Source of the DNA: Patescibacteria group bacterium
GTDB lineage: Bacteria; Patescibacteriota; Minisyncoccia; UBA10092
Assembly (NCBI GenBank): GCA_018826255.1
Contig: JAHJZO010000023.1
Coordinates: forward strand, 1 to 35,350
DNA length: 35,350 nucleotides
Direction of reading: 5' to 3'
Of this stretch, positions 25,709 through 34,496 are shown piece by piece; position 1 is the first letter of the stretch, and each line of letters opens with the position of its first letter. The position numbers and the translations under genes are program-made. A model generated the notes under the pieces. The model was not told the DNA's origin and ran no database searches. It saw only the letters and a program-made list of their open reading frames with translations.

Positions 25709-26394
25709 TGCCTTCATTTTTAGAGTTTTTACCGCTCGTAACCACGGCGGCCATTATCGACAGCGTAAATTTTTGCGCTTTTTCGGTGTTGCTTTTGACA
25801 ATCGCTTTTCTTTTTAGCGCCGGCCCCGTCGTGGCAGAGCGTTCCAAAATTCTTAAAATAGGCGGTGTTTATATTGCCGGCATATTTTTGACATATATTT
25901 TAATTGGCTTGGGAATAATGAAAGCGCTTTATTCTTTTAATACGCCTCATTTTATGGCGAGAGTTGGCGCGTCCGTTATGATTTTATTCGGGGTAATAAA
26001 TATAATAAATGAATTTTTTCCCGCGTTTCCGATAAAACTAAAAATTCCGGCAAGCGCGCATCAAAAAATGGCGCCATTAATTCAGAAAGGCTCTATTCCC
26101 GCAGTATTTTTTCTTGGTGTTTTGGTCGGTCTTTACGAATTTCCCTGCACCGGCGGCCCTTATTTGATGATATTGGGTTTTTTGCATGATCGCGCTACAT
26201 ATGTAAAAGGGGCGGCGTATCTGTTGTTTTATAATCTGGTTTTTGTTCTTCCCCTCGTTATTACTCTATTTATCGCAAGCAACGAAAAACTGCTTGGAAA
26301 ATTAAGAGGGTGGCGAGAAAATAAGAATATCAGGATTAAATTTTGGAGCGGCATGGCCATGATTATTTTGGGGGTTGTAATTTTTATGTTATAA
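25708..26394 (+). CDS. CcdA/DsbD-beta-like transmembrane electron transporter
   Basis: About six TMs with two intramembrane cysteines, DSVNFCAF and EFPCTGGPY; SD GAGGAGG. Confidence 0.8.
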   Translation: MPSFLEFLPLVTTAAIIDSVNFCAFSVLLLTIAFLFSAGPVVAERSKILKIGGVYIAGIFLTYILIGLGIMKALYSFNTPHFMARVGASVMILFGVINIINEFFPAFPIKLKIPASAHQKMAPLIQKGSIPAVFFLGVLVGLYEFPCTGGPYLMILGFLHDRATYVKGAAYLLFYNLVFVLPLVITLFIASNEKLLGKLRGWRENKNIRIKFWSGMAMIILGVVIFML

Positions 26395-26403
26395 ATAAAC
26401 AAT

Positions 26404-26904
26404 ATGAATATCGAACAAAATAAAATAGCGGATTTACTGAAAAAAATAGAGCAGATGAAAAAAACCGGCGAAGTTGACCTTTCAACCGAGGAAGATTTAA
26501 GCATCGCTGTTATGAATCTTATTTCTCTTGAAGAGCACTTTTTTTTCACCAACGCCAAAACAGGGAAAGAAGAATACTTAAACTTACTTTTGGAAACAAG
26601 AGAAATACGCAAATCTCTTCTGGCCAGATTGGTTAGTAAACACGAAGGCGAGACATGGTGTATTTCTAAGCATCTTTTAGGAACGACCATGCGTTTGATG
26701 GAGGTTGGCACAAAATTGTACTCTGACGGCAAGAGAGATGAAGCCAAAGAAATATATAAAAAAGCTGGCGAAGTTTATTCTTTATTTTGGGCATTGCGCC
26801 TTAAACTTATTGACATATCCGGCCTAAAGGAAGTTGCTGCCAAAGAACAACCGTGGACGCTTAATGATATATTAGATAAGTTAGTAGATTGCTGCGATGA
26901 GTAA
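26404..26904 (+). CDS. Hypothetical helical protein with Cys/His motifs
   Basis: 166 aa; ISLEEHFFF, TWCISKHLL, C-terminal VDCCDE. Confidence 0.8.
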   Translation: MNIEQNKIADLLKKIEQMKKTGEVDLSTEEDLSIAVMNLISLEEHFFFTNAKTGKEEYLNLLLETREIRKSLLARLVSKHEGETWCISKHLLGTTMRLMEVGTKLYSDGKRDEAKEIYKKAGEVYSLFWALRLKLIDISGLKEVAAKEQPWTLNDILDKLVDCCDE

Positions 26905-27262
26905 AAAGACAATAGTTATAATTGGTCTGATAATTTTGGCAATTATTTTTGCTATTTTTTATTTTTATAATAAATCTGTTCCTCCGGCTAGCGGTAAATA
27001 TGATGATTTCGCCAGATGCTTATTGTCAAAAAATATAACTATGTATGGAGCGGATTGGTGTTCTTATTGCCAGAGTGAAAAAGCGGCATTTGAGGGTTCA
27101 TTTAAATACGTTCCCTATGTTGAATGCCCCGATAATCCACAACTATGTCTGGATAAAGGGATTGAAGGTTATCCAACTTGGATTTTCCCAGACGGGAAAA
27201 AGTTGGTAGGTGAACAAGGACTTGAAAAATTGTCGCAAGAAAGCGATTGTGTGTTACAATAA
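26897..27262 (+). CDS. Membrane-anchored thioredoxin-like protein
   Basis: N-terminal TM; YGADWCSYC (CxxC), YVEC, GYPTWIF; resembles the Trx-like domain of VKOR fusions. Confidence 0.85.
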   Translation: MSKKTIVIIGLIILAIIFAIFYFYNKSVPPASGKYDDFARCLLSKNITMYGADWCSYCQSEKAAFEGSFKYVPYVECPDNPQLCLDKGIEGYPTWIFPDGKKLVGEQGLEKLSQESDCVLQ

Positions 27263-27289
27263 CAAGTATTAAAATTATTTTTTAATAAT

Positions 27290-28066
27290 ATGTTTGATTA
27301 CAATAAACTTCCGAGGTTTGAACAAAAACTTGTTTTAATCGCTGTTGGCATTTTAACTTTATTTTTGGTATTTGCCGGTTTCAATCAACTTATCGGCGCC
27401 ATCAACGATTTCCGCAATGGCGGGACCAATAGTAATCCTCAAACGATAAGTTTTAGCGGTGAAGGAACGGTAAAAGCTATTCCGGATACTGCCAAGGTTG
27501 CGCTTGGTCTAGTTACCGAAGGAAAAGATTCTATTTCTGTCCAGAATGAAAATACATCCAAAATGAACGCCGTAATTAAGTTCTTGAAAGACCAAGGAAT
27601 AAAAGATGAAGATATTAAAACCAGCAATTATAACCTGTCTCCGAAATACAATTACGACAAAGGCAAATCAACATTAGTTGGCTATATTATTAATCAAATG
27701 CTTACTGTTACGGTCAGGGATTTAGAAAAAATAGGCAATGTTTTAGATGGCTCGGTTTCCAGCGGCGCCAATGAGGTAAATTCTGTTTCGCTTTTTATTG
27801 ACAAGCCGGAAGAATTAAAAAACAAAGCCCGCGAAGAGGCGATAAAACAGGCGAAAGAAAAGGCCTCAACAACCAGCAAGATTGCAGGGTTCAGGTTGGG
27901 CCGGGTAGTTAATTTTTATGAAAATTCCATGGGAGAACCGCCAATGTACTACGAAACGATGATGAGTAAAGGCGGGGGCGTGTCCGATGTTGCTCCTTTG
28001 CCGCAAATAGAGCCCGGCAGTCAGGAAATCAAAATCAACGTCACCCTGACCTATTTGATAAAATAG
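27290..28066 (+). CDS. SIMPL-domain (DUF541) protein
   Basis: TISFSGEGTVKAIPDTA, IKTSNYNLSPKY, AREEAIKQAKEKA, IEPGSQEI. Confidence 0.92.
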   Translation: MFDYNKLPRFEQKLVLIAVGILTLFLVFAGFNQLIGAINDFRNGGTNSNPQTISFSGEGTVKAIPDTAKVALGLVTEGKDSISVQNENTSKMNAVIKFLKDQGIKDEDIKTSNYNLSPKYNYDKGKSTLVGYIINQMLTVTVRDLEKIGNVLDGSVSSGANEVNSVSLFIDKPEELKNKAREEAIKQAKEKASTTSKIAGFRLGRVVNFYENSMGEPPMYYETMMSKGGGVSDVAPLPQIEPGSQEIKINVTLTYLIK

Positions 28067-28069
28067 TTT

Positions 28070-28549
28070 TTAGAAATTAGGGATCTCTACAATGTCGCCG
28101 GGGGTTATATTCCATTTTTCGGCCTGACCGGCGTTGATTTCCAAAACATATTGCGCCAGTGATTTTGATTCATAAATTTGGCAGGTTCTGTTTTCTGGGC
28201 AAGGCCTTTGAGTTACAATTTCGTTAACGCGTCCATTTGAAGAAATAAAAATCATATCGAGAGGGATAAGTGTGTCTTTCATCCAGAAACTTCGCGCCTT
28301 TTCATCAGAAAAAACAAAAAACATTCCGGAATTCTTTTCAAGCGAATCTCGGTTCATCAATCCGGTTTCTAATTCCTGCGCGGTTTTAGCAAATTCAACT
28401 TGAATTTTAATGGGTCCGGCCGCTGTAAATATAGTAATGGAATTTTTGTCGGCAATTTTTTGATATTGCGAAAACAAAACAATACCCGCTAGGGTTATTA
28501 TGAGTGCTCCCGAAATCCAATAAAACGGCCTTCTTGAATCAAGTAACAT
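28070..28549 (-). CDS. DUF192-family exported protein
   Basis: GLMNRDSL, GMFFVF, FWMKDTLIPLDMIFI, YVLEINAG. Confidence 0.93.
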   Translation of the reverse strand: MLLDSRRPFYWISGALIITLAGIVLFSQYQKIADKNSITIFTAAGPIKIQVEFAKTAQELETGLMNRDSLEKNSGMFFVFSDEKARSFWMKDTLIPLDMIFISSNGRVNEIVTQRPCPENRTCQIYESKSLAQYVLEINAGQAEKWNITPGDIVEIPNF

Positions 28550-28611
28550 ATATTTTATTTCATTTTAACTTAAATTGTTAAATATTAAAAATATATGTTA
28601 AAGTTCATTTA

Positions 28612-29685
28612 ATGAACCAATCTTTTCTTTTGTTTTTGCTTGGGATAATGGCCGTTGCGGTTGCGGTACTGATTTATTTTTTGTCGCGGAAAAAATCAGG
28701 GGAAAAACCTCAAGACAATCAAGCGATTTTGATGATCCAAGACCAATTAAAGGAGATGCGCCAGACGCTGCAGAATTTCGGTTCGCAAGTGGACACTAAA
28801 ATGGGCGATTCAACAAAAATGTTCCAGCAGCAATTCGCGCAAAGCGCGAAAATTGTCCGCGATGTTACCGAAAGATTGACGAAACTGGACGAAACCAATA
28901 AACAAGTAATGAATGTGGCCGACCAATTGCAAGGATTGGAAGATGTTTTGAAAAATCCTAAGCATCGCGGGGTTTTGGGCGAATATTTTTTAGAGAATGT
29001 TTTGAAAAATGTTTTACCGCCGAAAAATTATCAAATGCAATATGGATTTAAGAACGGCGATATCGTTGACGCGGTAGTTTTTATTAAAGATAAAATAATT
29101 CCGATTGATTCTAAATTTTCACTTGAAAATTACAATCGGATTTTACAGGAAAAAGACAAAGGACGAAAAGAAGAATTGGAAAAACAGTTTAAGGCCGATT
29201 TGAAGAATAGAATAGATGAAACCGCCAAATACATCCGGCCAAATGAAAACACATTAGATTTTGCTTTTATGTTTATTCCCGCCGAAGGAATTTATTACGA
29301 CCTGCTGGTTAATCAGGTTGGCGCGATAAAAGTTAATACACGCGACTTAATTGAATATGCTTTTAAAGAGAAACATGTGATTATTGTCTCGCCGACATCG
29401 TTTTTCGCCTATTTACAGACAGTTATGCAAGGTCTGCGCGCTCTACAAATTGAAGAATCGGCCAAAGAAATTCGCAAATATGTTGAAATGCTTCAAAAAC
29501 ATTTATTGAGTTACGACGAATATATGAAAAAACTCGGCAATAATCTGGGGACGGCAGTTAACGCGTATAATAAGGCCTCAAAAGAATTCGGCAAGGTTGA
29601 TAAAGATGTGGTAAAAATTACGGGTAAAACCGGCGAGATTGAACCGCTACAAATTAAAGGACCGATAACTGAGGAAGAAGAATAA
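28612..29685 (+). CDS. rmuC: DNA recombination protein RmuC
   Basis: N-terminal TM, coiled coil, RGVLGE, IDSKF, KYIRP, FAFMFIPAEG, VSPTSF. Confidence 0.93.
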   Translation: MNQSFLLFLLGIMAVAVAVLIYFLSRKKSGEKPQDNQAILMIQDQLKEMRQTLQNFGSQVDTKMGDSTKMFQQQFAQSAKIVRDVTERLTKLDETNKQVMNVADQLQGLEDVLKNPKHRGVLGEYFLENVLKNVLPPKNYQMQYGFKNGDIVDAVVFIKDKIIPIDSKFSLENYNRILQEKDKGRKEELEKQFKADLKNRIDETAKYIRPNENTLDFAFMFIPAEGIYYDLLVNQVGAIKVNTRDLIEYAFKEKHVIIVSPTSFFAYLQTVMQGLRALQIEESAKEIRKYVEMLQKHLLSYDEYMKKLGNNLGTAVNAYNKASKEFGKVDKDVVKITGKTGEIEPLQIKGPITEEEE

Positions 29686-29694
29686 AAAAATATT

Positions 29695-30288
29695 ATGGCA
29701 AATCATATTGTTCTGGATATTGAAACGCAGAATTTATTTTCCGATGTCGGAGGCAAGGAAAACTTAACCAAGCTTCTGCTTTCGGTTGCCGGCGTTTATT
29801 CATATGCGGATAACAAATTTTTGACTTTTAGCGAAAAAGAAATGCCGGCTTTTGAAAATCTTCTAAAAAAGACGGATTTAATAATCGGTTTTAACATAGA
29901 TCATTTTGACCTGCCGGTGTTGAGAAAATATTTATCTATTGATTTAACAAAAATTCCGACTCTGGATATTATGAAAGAAGTTGTTGATACGATGGGGCAC
30001 AGAGTCAGTTTGGATGATATTTGCGTTAATACTTTGGGAAAAAAGAAAACTGCCAATGGTTTCTTGGCGGTTGATTACTGGCGGCAGGGGAGAATAGATG
30101 AACTTAAAAAGTATTGCCTGAGCGATGTGCGGCTTACGCGGGATGTATATGAATACGGTCTGAAAAAAGGCGAGATAAAGTTTACCGCCCGTGATGCCAA
30201 TCTTCCATATATAAAAACAATGAGAGTTAACTTTGCCAAATACGCGGGAATAAAAATAACAACGGCATGGACTCCTTCACTTTTTTAG
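29695..30288 (+). CDS. RNase H-like DEDD 3'-5' exonuclease (YprB/MrfB-like domain)
   Basis: Exo I VLDIET, Exo II GFNIDHFDL, Exo III YCLSDV. Confidence 0.85.
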   Translation: MANHIVLDIETQNLFSDVGGKENLTKLLLSVAGVYSYADNKFLTFSEKEMPAFENLLKKTDLIIGFNIDHFDLPVLRKYLSIDLTKIPTLDIMKEVVDTMGHRVSLDDICVNTLGKKKTANGFLAVDYWRQGRIDELKKYCLSDVRLTRDVYEYGLKKGEIKFTARDANLPYIKTMRVNFAKYAGIKITTAWTPSLF

Positions 30289-31040
30289 ACAAAATAATAA
30301 ATGAAAGTTTTATCCGCGAACCATATATCAAAAAAAGCTGGTGGGCCACTGATTTAAACTCATGTTTGAGAGGGGTGTTTTATCGCCGCAAAGGGCTTCC
30401 TCCGACATCGACAATTCCGCCGGACAGAATGGGCATAATGGAAGTGGGAAAAATTGTTGAAGAATGGATTGTTAACAAGGTAAAGCAATCGGGAAATTTA
30501 ATTGCCGAACAATTGAGAATTGAGGCGCCGGAGTATGAAGCCTCAGGGAAAGTCGATTTAATTTTAAACGAAGGCGGCAAACCGGTTCTTTACGAAATTA
30601 AATCCACCAATTCTTTCAGTTTCAAATATAAACTCAAAAACAGACAGCCCCAGCCCCAGCATAAACTTCAAACACTTTTTTATTTATGGCGTCTTCGCAA
30701 TTATGGCCATCAAGATTGTCCGGAGGTTGATTTTTCCAATCTTCAAGGTCGGCTTATTTATGTTTCCCGGGACGATTTAAACCGGTTGATTATTCCCTTG
30801 GACTATTCTGAGGTTGCCATTAAGCCCATTATTGACCAGCTGGAAATTTTAAATACGTCATGGAAAATGGACGAATTGCCGCCGGTGCCTGAACCAGTTG
30901 TATTTGACGAGGAAAAGGGGAAATGGATAATTAATTTTGTTTGCGATTTTTGCGCGTATCACGAACTTTGCGCTGGCCGCGACTGGCGCGCCAAAGCCGA
31001 ACAAGAAGTCAAAGAACGCAACGCCACGCTGGAAAATTAA
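30267..31040 (+). CDS. Cas4/AddB-like PD-(D/E)XK nuclease with four-Cys Fe-S motif
   Basis: SCLRGVFY; GKVD...YEIKS; QTLFY; C-terminal CDFCAYHELC. Confidence 0.85.
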   Translation: MDSFTFLDKIINESFIREPYIKKSWWATDLNSCLRGVFYRRKGLPPTSTIPPDRMGIMEVGKIVEEWIVNKVKQSGNLIAEQLRIEAPEYEASGKVDLILNEGGKPVLYEIKSTNSFSFKYKLKNRQPQPQHKLQTLFYLWRLRNYGHQDCPEVDFSNLQGRLIYVSRDDLNRLIIPLDYSEVAIKPIIDQLEILNTSWKMDELPPVPEPVVFDEEKGKWIINFVCDFCAYHELCAGRDWRAKAEQEVKERNATLEN

Positions 31041-31064
31041 ATGGCCCCGCTTTAGCGGGGCCAT
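31041..31064. terminator. Hairpin between convergent operons
   Basis: ATGGCCCCGC-TTTA-GCGGGGCCAT followed by T-rich sequence. Confidence 0.8.
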
Positions 31065-31124
31065 ATTGTTTTTATTCATTTTCATTATCGTTACCAATTT
31101 TTGCTATAGCAAATTTTGGTACCA

Positions 31125-32189
31125 TCAAACTATTTGCCAACTGACTTTCTCTCCTCCTTTTAGGAGATAAACCTGCTCGGAGGGAGTTTCGCCGCATTGG
31201 GCGATTCTGGGAGGTGCCCATTCTCTTTTTTCCAAAACCATAGTTTTGGCACTTGAACTGTTTAGCGGAACGCCAAAAAATTCTTCATCATATTTCATAA
31301 ACTCCGGCATATCCTCTAATCGGCCAATACTCTCCAAAATTTCTGCCACAACACAAGGACCAACTGGACCACTGAAAACTCCGGAAGCAGGAACATTACC
31401 TTTTTTAACCAAAATAGAATGTGGCGCATCATCAGCCGCATAACGGAATTTCCGCTCGCCGTGATGATAAGGGTCTGCCATAGCGTATTTTACCGCCAAC
31501 CGATCTTCTATGTTGGCATATGGCGGCTGACAAAAAATCTCCGGGCGCAAAATCTCACCATTTTTACCGAAAATATTATATTCTGTATAAAGCCCATAAT
31601 GAGGCGCTATTCCTCCGGTCATACCCGATGTTGCGTAGATAAATTCAATCAACGACTTGAGGTTAGGGTGCTCGATGGAAATTTTAAGTTTGGGGAAATG
31701 GCACTTGATAAGTTTAATCGAGCTAAAAAAACATTCCAGTTCCCATTTGCTTAAATTAGTATTGAATTTGCTTTGAACGTGCAATAATAAAGGCATTCCA
31801 AGCTCACTCATGGAGGCGTAAACTGCCGCGCTTCGCGTTGAAGTGAGATCCATCAGCAAAATACCATTACTGTTAGTGGAAACTCCTTCGGGGATATTAG
31901 CCACAAACCTGGCGCCAGCACGATAAGCTTCTTCCACCGTTCCGGCTGTTGTACCCGGTGTCATCATTATTCCGCCAATTACCTGCGGCATTGAATAAGC
32001 GAGCAAATCTTGATTGTAATATTTATCATATCCAGCAGCGTCAACGACTGGATTTTTTAAGTTTGCCTTGGCCACCACGACACTGAACAATCGGCTGAAA
32101 AAAGACGTAAATTCCAGCATTCGCTCTTCGCGCAGATGAACGTGATGGTTGGCCGGATTTGGGATTTCAATCGTATCTACTTTTTTCAT
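31125..32189 (-). CDS. pyrC: Divergent dihydroorotase (E. coli PyrC type)
   Basis: HHVHLR, STNS, PLLLH, SIEH, FCQP, DDAPH, SGVF align with the PyrC motifs; coupled to the pyrD-like gene by ATGA. Confidence 0.75.
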   Translation of the reverse strand: MKKVDTIEIPNPANHHVHLREERMLEFTSFFSRLFSVVVAKANLKNPVVDAAGYDKYYNQDLLAYSMPQVIGGIMMTPGTTAGTVEEAYRAGARFVANIPEGVSTNSNGILLMDLTSTRSAAVYASMSELGMPLLLHVQSKFNTNLSKWELECFFSSIKLIKCHFPKLKISIEHPNLKSLIEFIYATSGMTGGIAPHYGLYTEYNIFGKNGEILRPEIFCQPPYANIEDRLAVKYAMADPYHHGERKFRYAADDAPHSILVKKGNVPASGVFSGPVGPCVVAEILESIGRLEDMPEFMKYDEEFFGVPLNSSSAKTMVLEKREWAPPRIAQCGETPSEQVYLLKGGEKVSWQIV

Positions 32190-33211
32190 CTTCCCGCCTC
32201 CTTAAGTTTTTTGTCGGCATACCAAATTGTCAATCGCAGATAAAACGGCCGCATAACTTTGCCTATGCCAATGGAAATCGCATTAACGCGGCCTTTATCA
32301 ACCAGCCAGTCTATCAATTTTTTAGTGGAAAACCAATTCCAATGGCAATTGATTCCACCGCCAGCCATAATTGGAAAATTCGGCTCCTCTCTTCGGAATC
32401 CTTCTATTCTCCGGCAAATCAAATCGCCCAAAATCCAACCGGACAATCCGCCTCCGCCGTATTTTGCCAATGGGGATTTGTCCGGGCCATCAGTCCCAAA
32501 AAGCTTTTTCCAGGGGATTTCACCGGGCAAACGGCCAAACTTAAGCGTGTTGGCGTAAGAAAGTCCATCGCAAAGTCCCGAACGAGCTATTCTCAACATT
32601 TCGCTAACCGAATCTTCCGGGCCCAATTTGGCAAAAACCGGAATACCCAAATTTTCCTTATCTATTGCCGCCAAGTGATAAAGGCGCTCATCGGACAATG
32701 AACAAACATCATGCCCCGTGTTTGGACAGCTCAAATTTTCTTCAAGCCATATCGGCGCCGAGAAATCCGGCAAGTATTTCTTAAGTAAACGAACAAACTC
32801 TGCGGTCTCAGTAATCCGTTCCTTTAAAGTCGGCAAAACCGACATATGAGAAAGGCCAAAAGGACTCTTAATTTTCTGCCATTCGCCAATCTCAAATAAT
32901 GGCAAAGCTCCAGGACTAGCCAACCCAACCGAATTTAAAGCTATTCCTCGCAAAAAATAAAATTTAACACAATCCGGAAATTTTTCAATCGGTTGGAAGT
33001 CACCTCCCAGTTTCATATTGCCTTCCCGATAGAAAAGCGGAGTGGTTTTAGCAATAAATCCGGCCTTTTCAGACGAAGAAAGCCAAGGCAAAAACCAATT
33101 TAAATACTTGTCATACCACCAGCCATGGCTGATGCCTTTACCTGGTCCGAAAAAATTATAAGTTCCTGAAGCAAAAATTACCCTTGGAATCTCAACACCT
33201 TTTATTTTCAT
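32186..33211 (-). CDS. pyrD: Divergent dihydroorotate dehydrogenase, class 1-like (catalytic Cys)
   Basis: FASG, AKT, LNSVGLASPG, NLSCPNT, AKL, ANT, GGLSG, AGGGI motifs. Confidence 0.8.
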   Translation of the reverse strand: MKIKGVEIPRVIFASGTYNFFGPGKGISHGWWYDKYLNWFLPWLSSSEKAGFIAKTTPLFYREGNMKLGGDFQPIEKFPDCVKFYFLRGIALNSVGLASPGALPLFEIGEWQKIKSPFGLSHMSVLPTLKERITETAEFVRLLKKYLPDFSAPIWLEENLSCPNTGHDVCSLSDERLYHLAAIDKENLGIPVFAKLGPEDSVSEMLRIARSGLCDGLSYANTLKFGRLPGEIPWKKLFGTDGPDKSPLAKYGGGGLSGWILGDLICRRIEGFRREEPNFPIMAGGGINCHWNWFSTKKLIDWLVDKGRVNAISIGIGKVMRPFYLRLTIWYADKKLKEAGR

Positions 33212-33216
33212 CTTGT

Positions 33217-33276
33217 CCTCCTTGTAAAGGTACTGAATTTATTACATAATATATGCGGTTTATTTAGTAAAGTCAA
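33217..33276 (-). promoter_or_regulatory. Promoter, boxA-like motif and SD of pyrD-pyrC
   Basis: Minus strand: TTGACT-17-TATATT, then GTACCTTTACAA (33222-33233) and AGGAGG (33217-33222). Confidence 0.55.
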
Positions 33277-33278
33277 TA

Positions 33279-34496
33279 ATGCCTGCTGGTGAAAACAATA
33301 AAATTTATCTGGATTATGCCGCGACGACGCCGGTTGATAAGGAGGTTTTGAAAGCGATGATGCCGTATTTCAGTGAGAAATTCGGCAATGCTTCGTCTGT
33401 TCATTCATTCGGGCAAGAGGCGATAGCGGCGGTGGACCAAGCGCGAGAAAAAATCGCGAAGTATTTTAATTGTAATTTCGCAGAAATAATTTTCACCGGC
33501 TCGGCAACGGAATCGAATAATCTAGCGATTAGGGGATTCGTCCAAAAGTATAATTATACGACTTCCAAACGATCGTCTACTAGTGGTACAAATAGAGGTC
33601 ATATAATTTCTACAAAAATAGAACATGAATCGGTACTGGAACCGCTGAAGGAACTGGAGAAAGCCGGACAGGAGGTTACTTATTTGCCGGTTGATAAAGA
33701 GGGACTGATAAAAATTTCCAACCTTGAAAAAGCGATTAAAGATACAACAATTTTAATCAGCATTATTTATGCCAATAATGAAATCGGGACGATACAGCCG
33801 ATAAAAGAAATTGGAAAACTGCTGGAAAAAATAAACAAAAAAAGAAAAGAAAATAATCTCGCAAGAATATATTTTCACACTGATGCGGTTCAGGCGCTCA
33901 ACTATTTGGAGTGCCGCCCCGACTGGCTGAAGGTTGATTTGTTGACCTTTTCCGGCCACAAAATTTATGGACCCAAAGGTATTGGAGGGTTATATGTTAG
34001 AAAAAATACACCGCTTTCGCCGATTATTTCAGGTGGCGGCCAGGAATTTGGATTGCGTTCCGGCACTGAAAATATTTCTTCTATTATTGGTTTGGCGAAA
34101 GCGGTGGAACTGGCGCTTGAGAATAAAGAGAAAAATTACAAAAAAATATTTGATTTGCGAAACCAACTGCTCAAAGATATAATTAAAGATAATAAAATAG
34201 CGGTAAAAATAAACGGATTATGTAATGACTGTCTTCCCAATATATTAAATATCCGGTTTCCCGGGATAAACAACGAAACGCTAATCATTGCTTTGGACCA
34301 AGCGGGGGTAGCTATATCGGCCGGCTCGGCCTGTTCCAGTAGGGCTTCAGCCGCTTCCCATGTTTTAACTGCCATTGGTCTGACGCCAAAACAGGTAAAA
34401 GAAAGTATCAGGATATCTATTGGGAAAAATACCACCAAACAAGAAATTAAGAAAGCAATAAGAATAATTAATAAATATGAAAAACTACTCATTTAG
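33279..34496 (+). CDS. iscS: Cysteine desulfurase (IscS/NifS group I)
   Basis: YLDYAATTP, FGNASS, ANNEIG, HTDAVQ, SGHK (PLP Lys), RSGTEN, SAGSAC. Confidence 0.96.
   Translation: MPAGENNKIYLDYAATTPVDKEVLKAMMPYFSEKFGNASSVHSFGQEAIAAVDQAREKIAKYFNCNFAEIIFTGSATESNNLAIRGFVQKYNYTTSKRSSTSGTNRGHIISTKIEHESVLEPLKELEKAGQEVTYLPVDKEGLIKISNLEKAIKDTTILISIIYANNEIGTIQPIKEIGKLLEKINKKRKENNLARIYFHTDAVQALNYLECRPDWLKVDLLTFSGHKIYGPKGIGGLYVRKNTPLSPIISGGGQEFGLRSGTENISSIIGLAKAVELALENKEKNYKKIFDLRNQLLKDIIKDNKIAVKINGLCNDCLPNILNIRFPGINNETLIIALDQAGVAISAGSACSSRASAASHVLTAIGLTPKQVKESIRISIGKNTTKQEIKKAIRIINKYEKLLI
33554..33593. repeat. Degenerate CGATCG-centred palindrome inside iscS
   Basis: 26/40 ungapped identities to 4264-4303, including TTATAC, ACGATCGTC and TGGTA. 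Confidence 0.6.

Noticed and set aside
30267..31124. CRISPR-Cas locus around the Cas4-like gene
   Set aside because: No repeat-spacer array and no cas1/cas2 seen in the window.
32159..32701. 180-aa plus-strand ORF
   Set aside because: Antisense to the pyrD-like gene, which carries the conserved motifs and SD.
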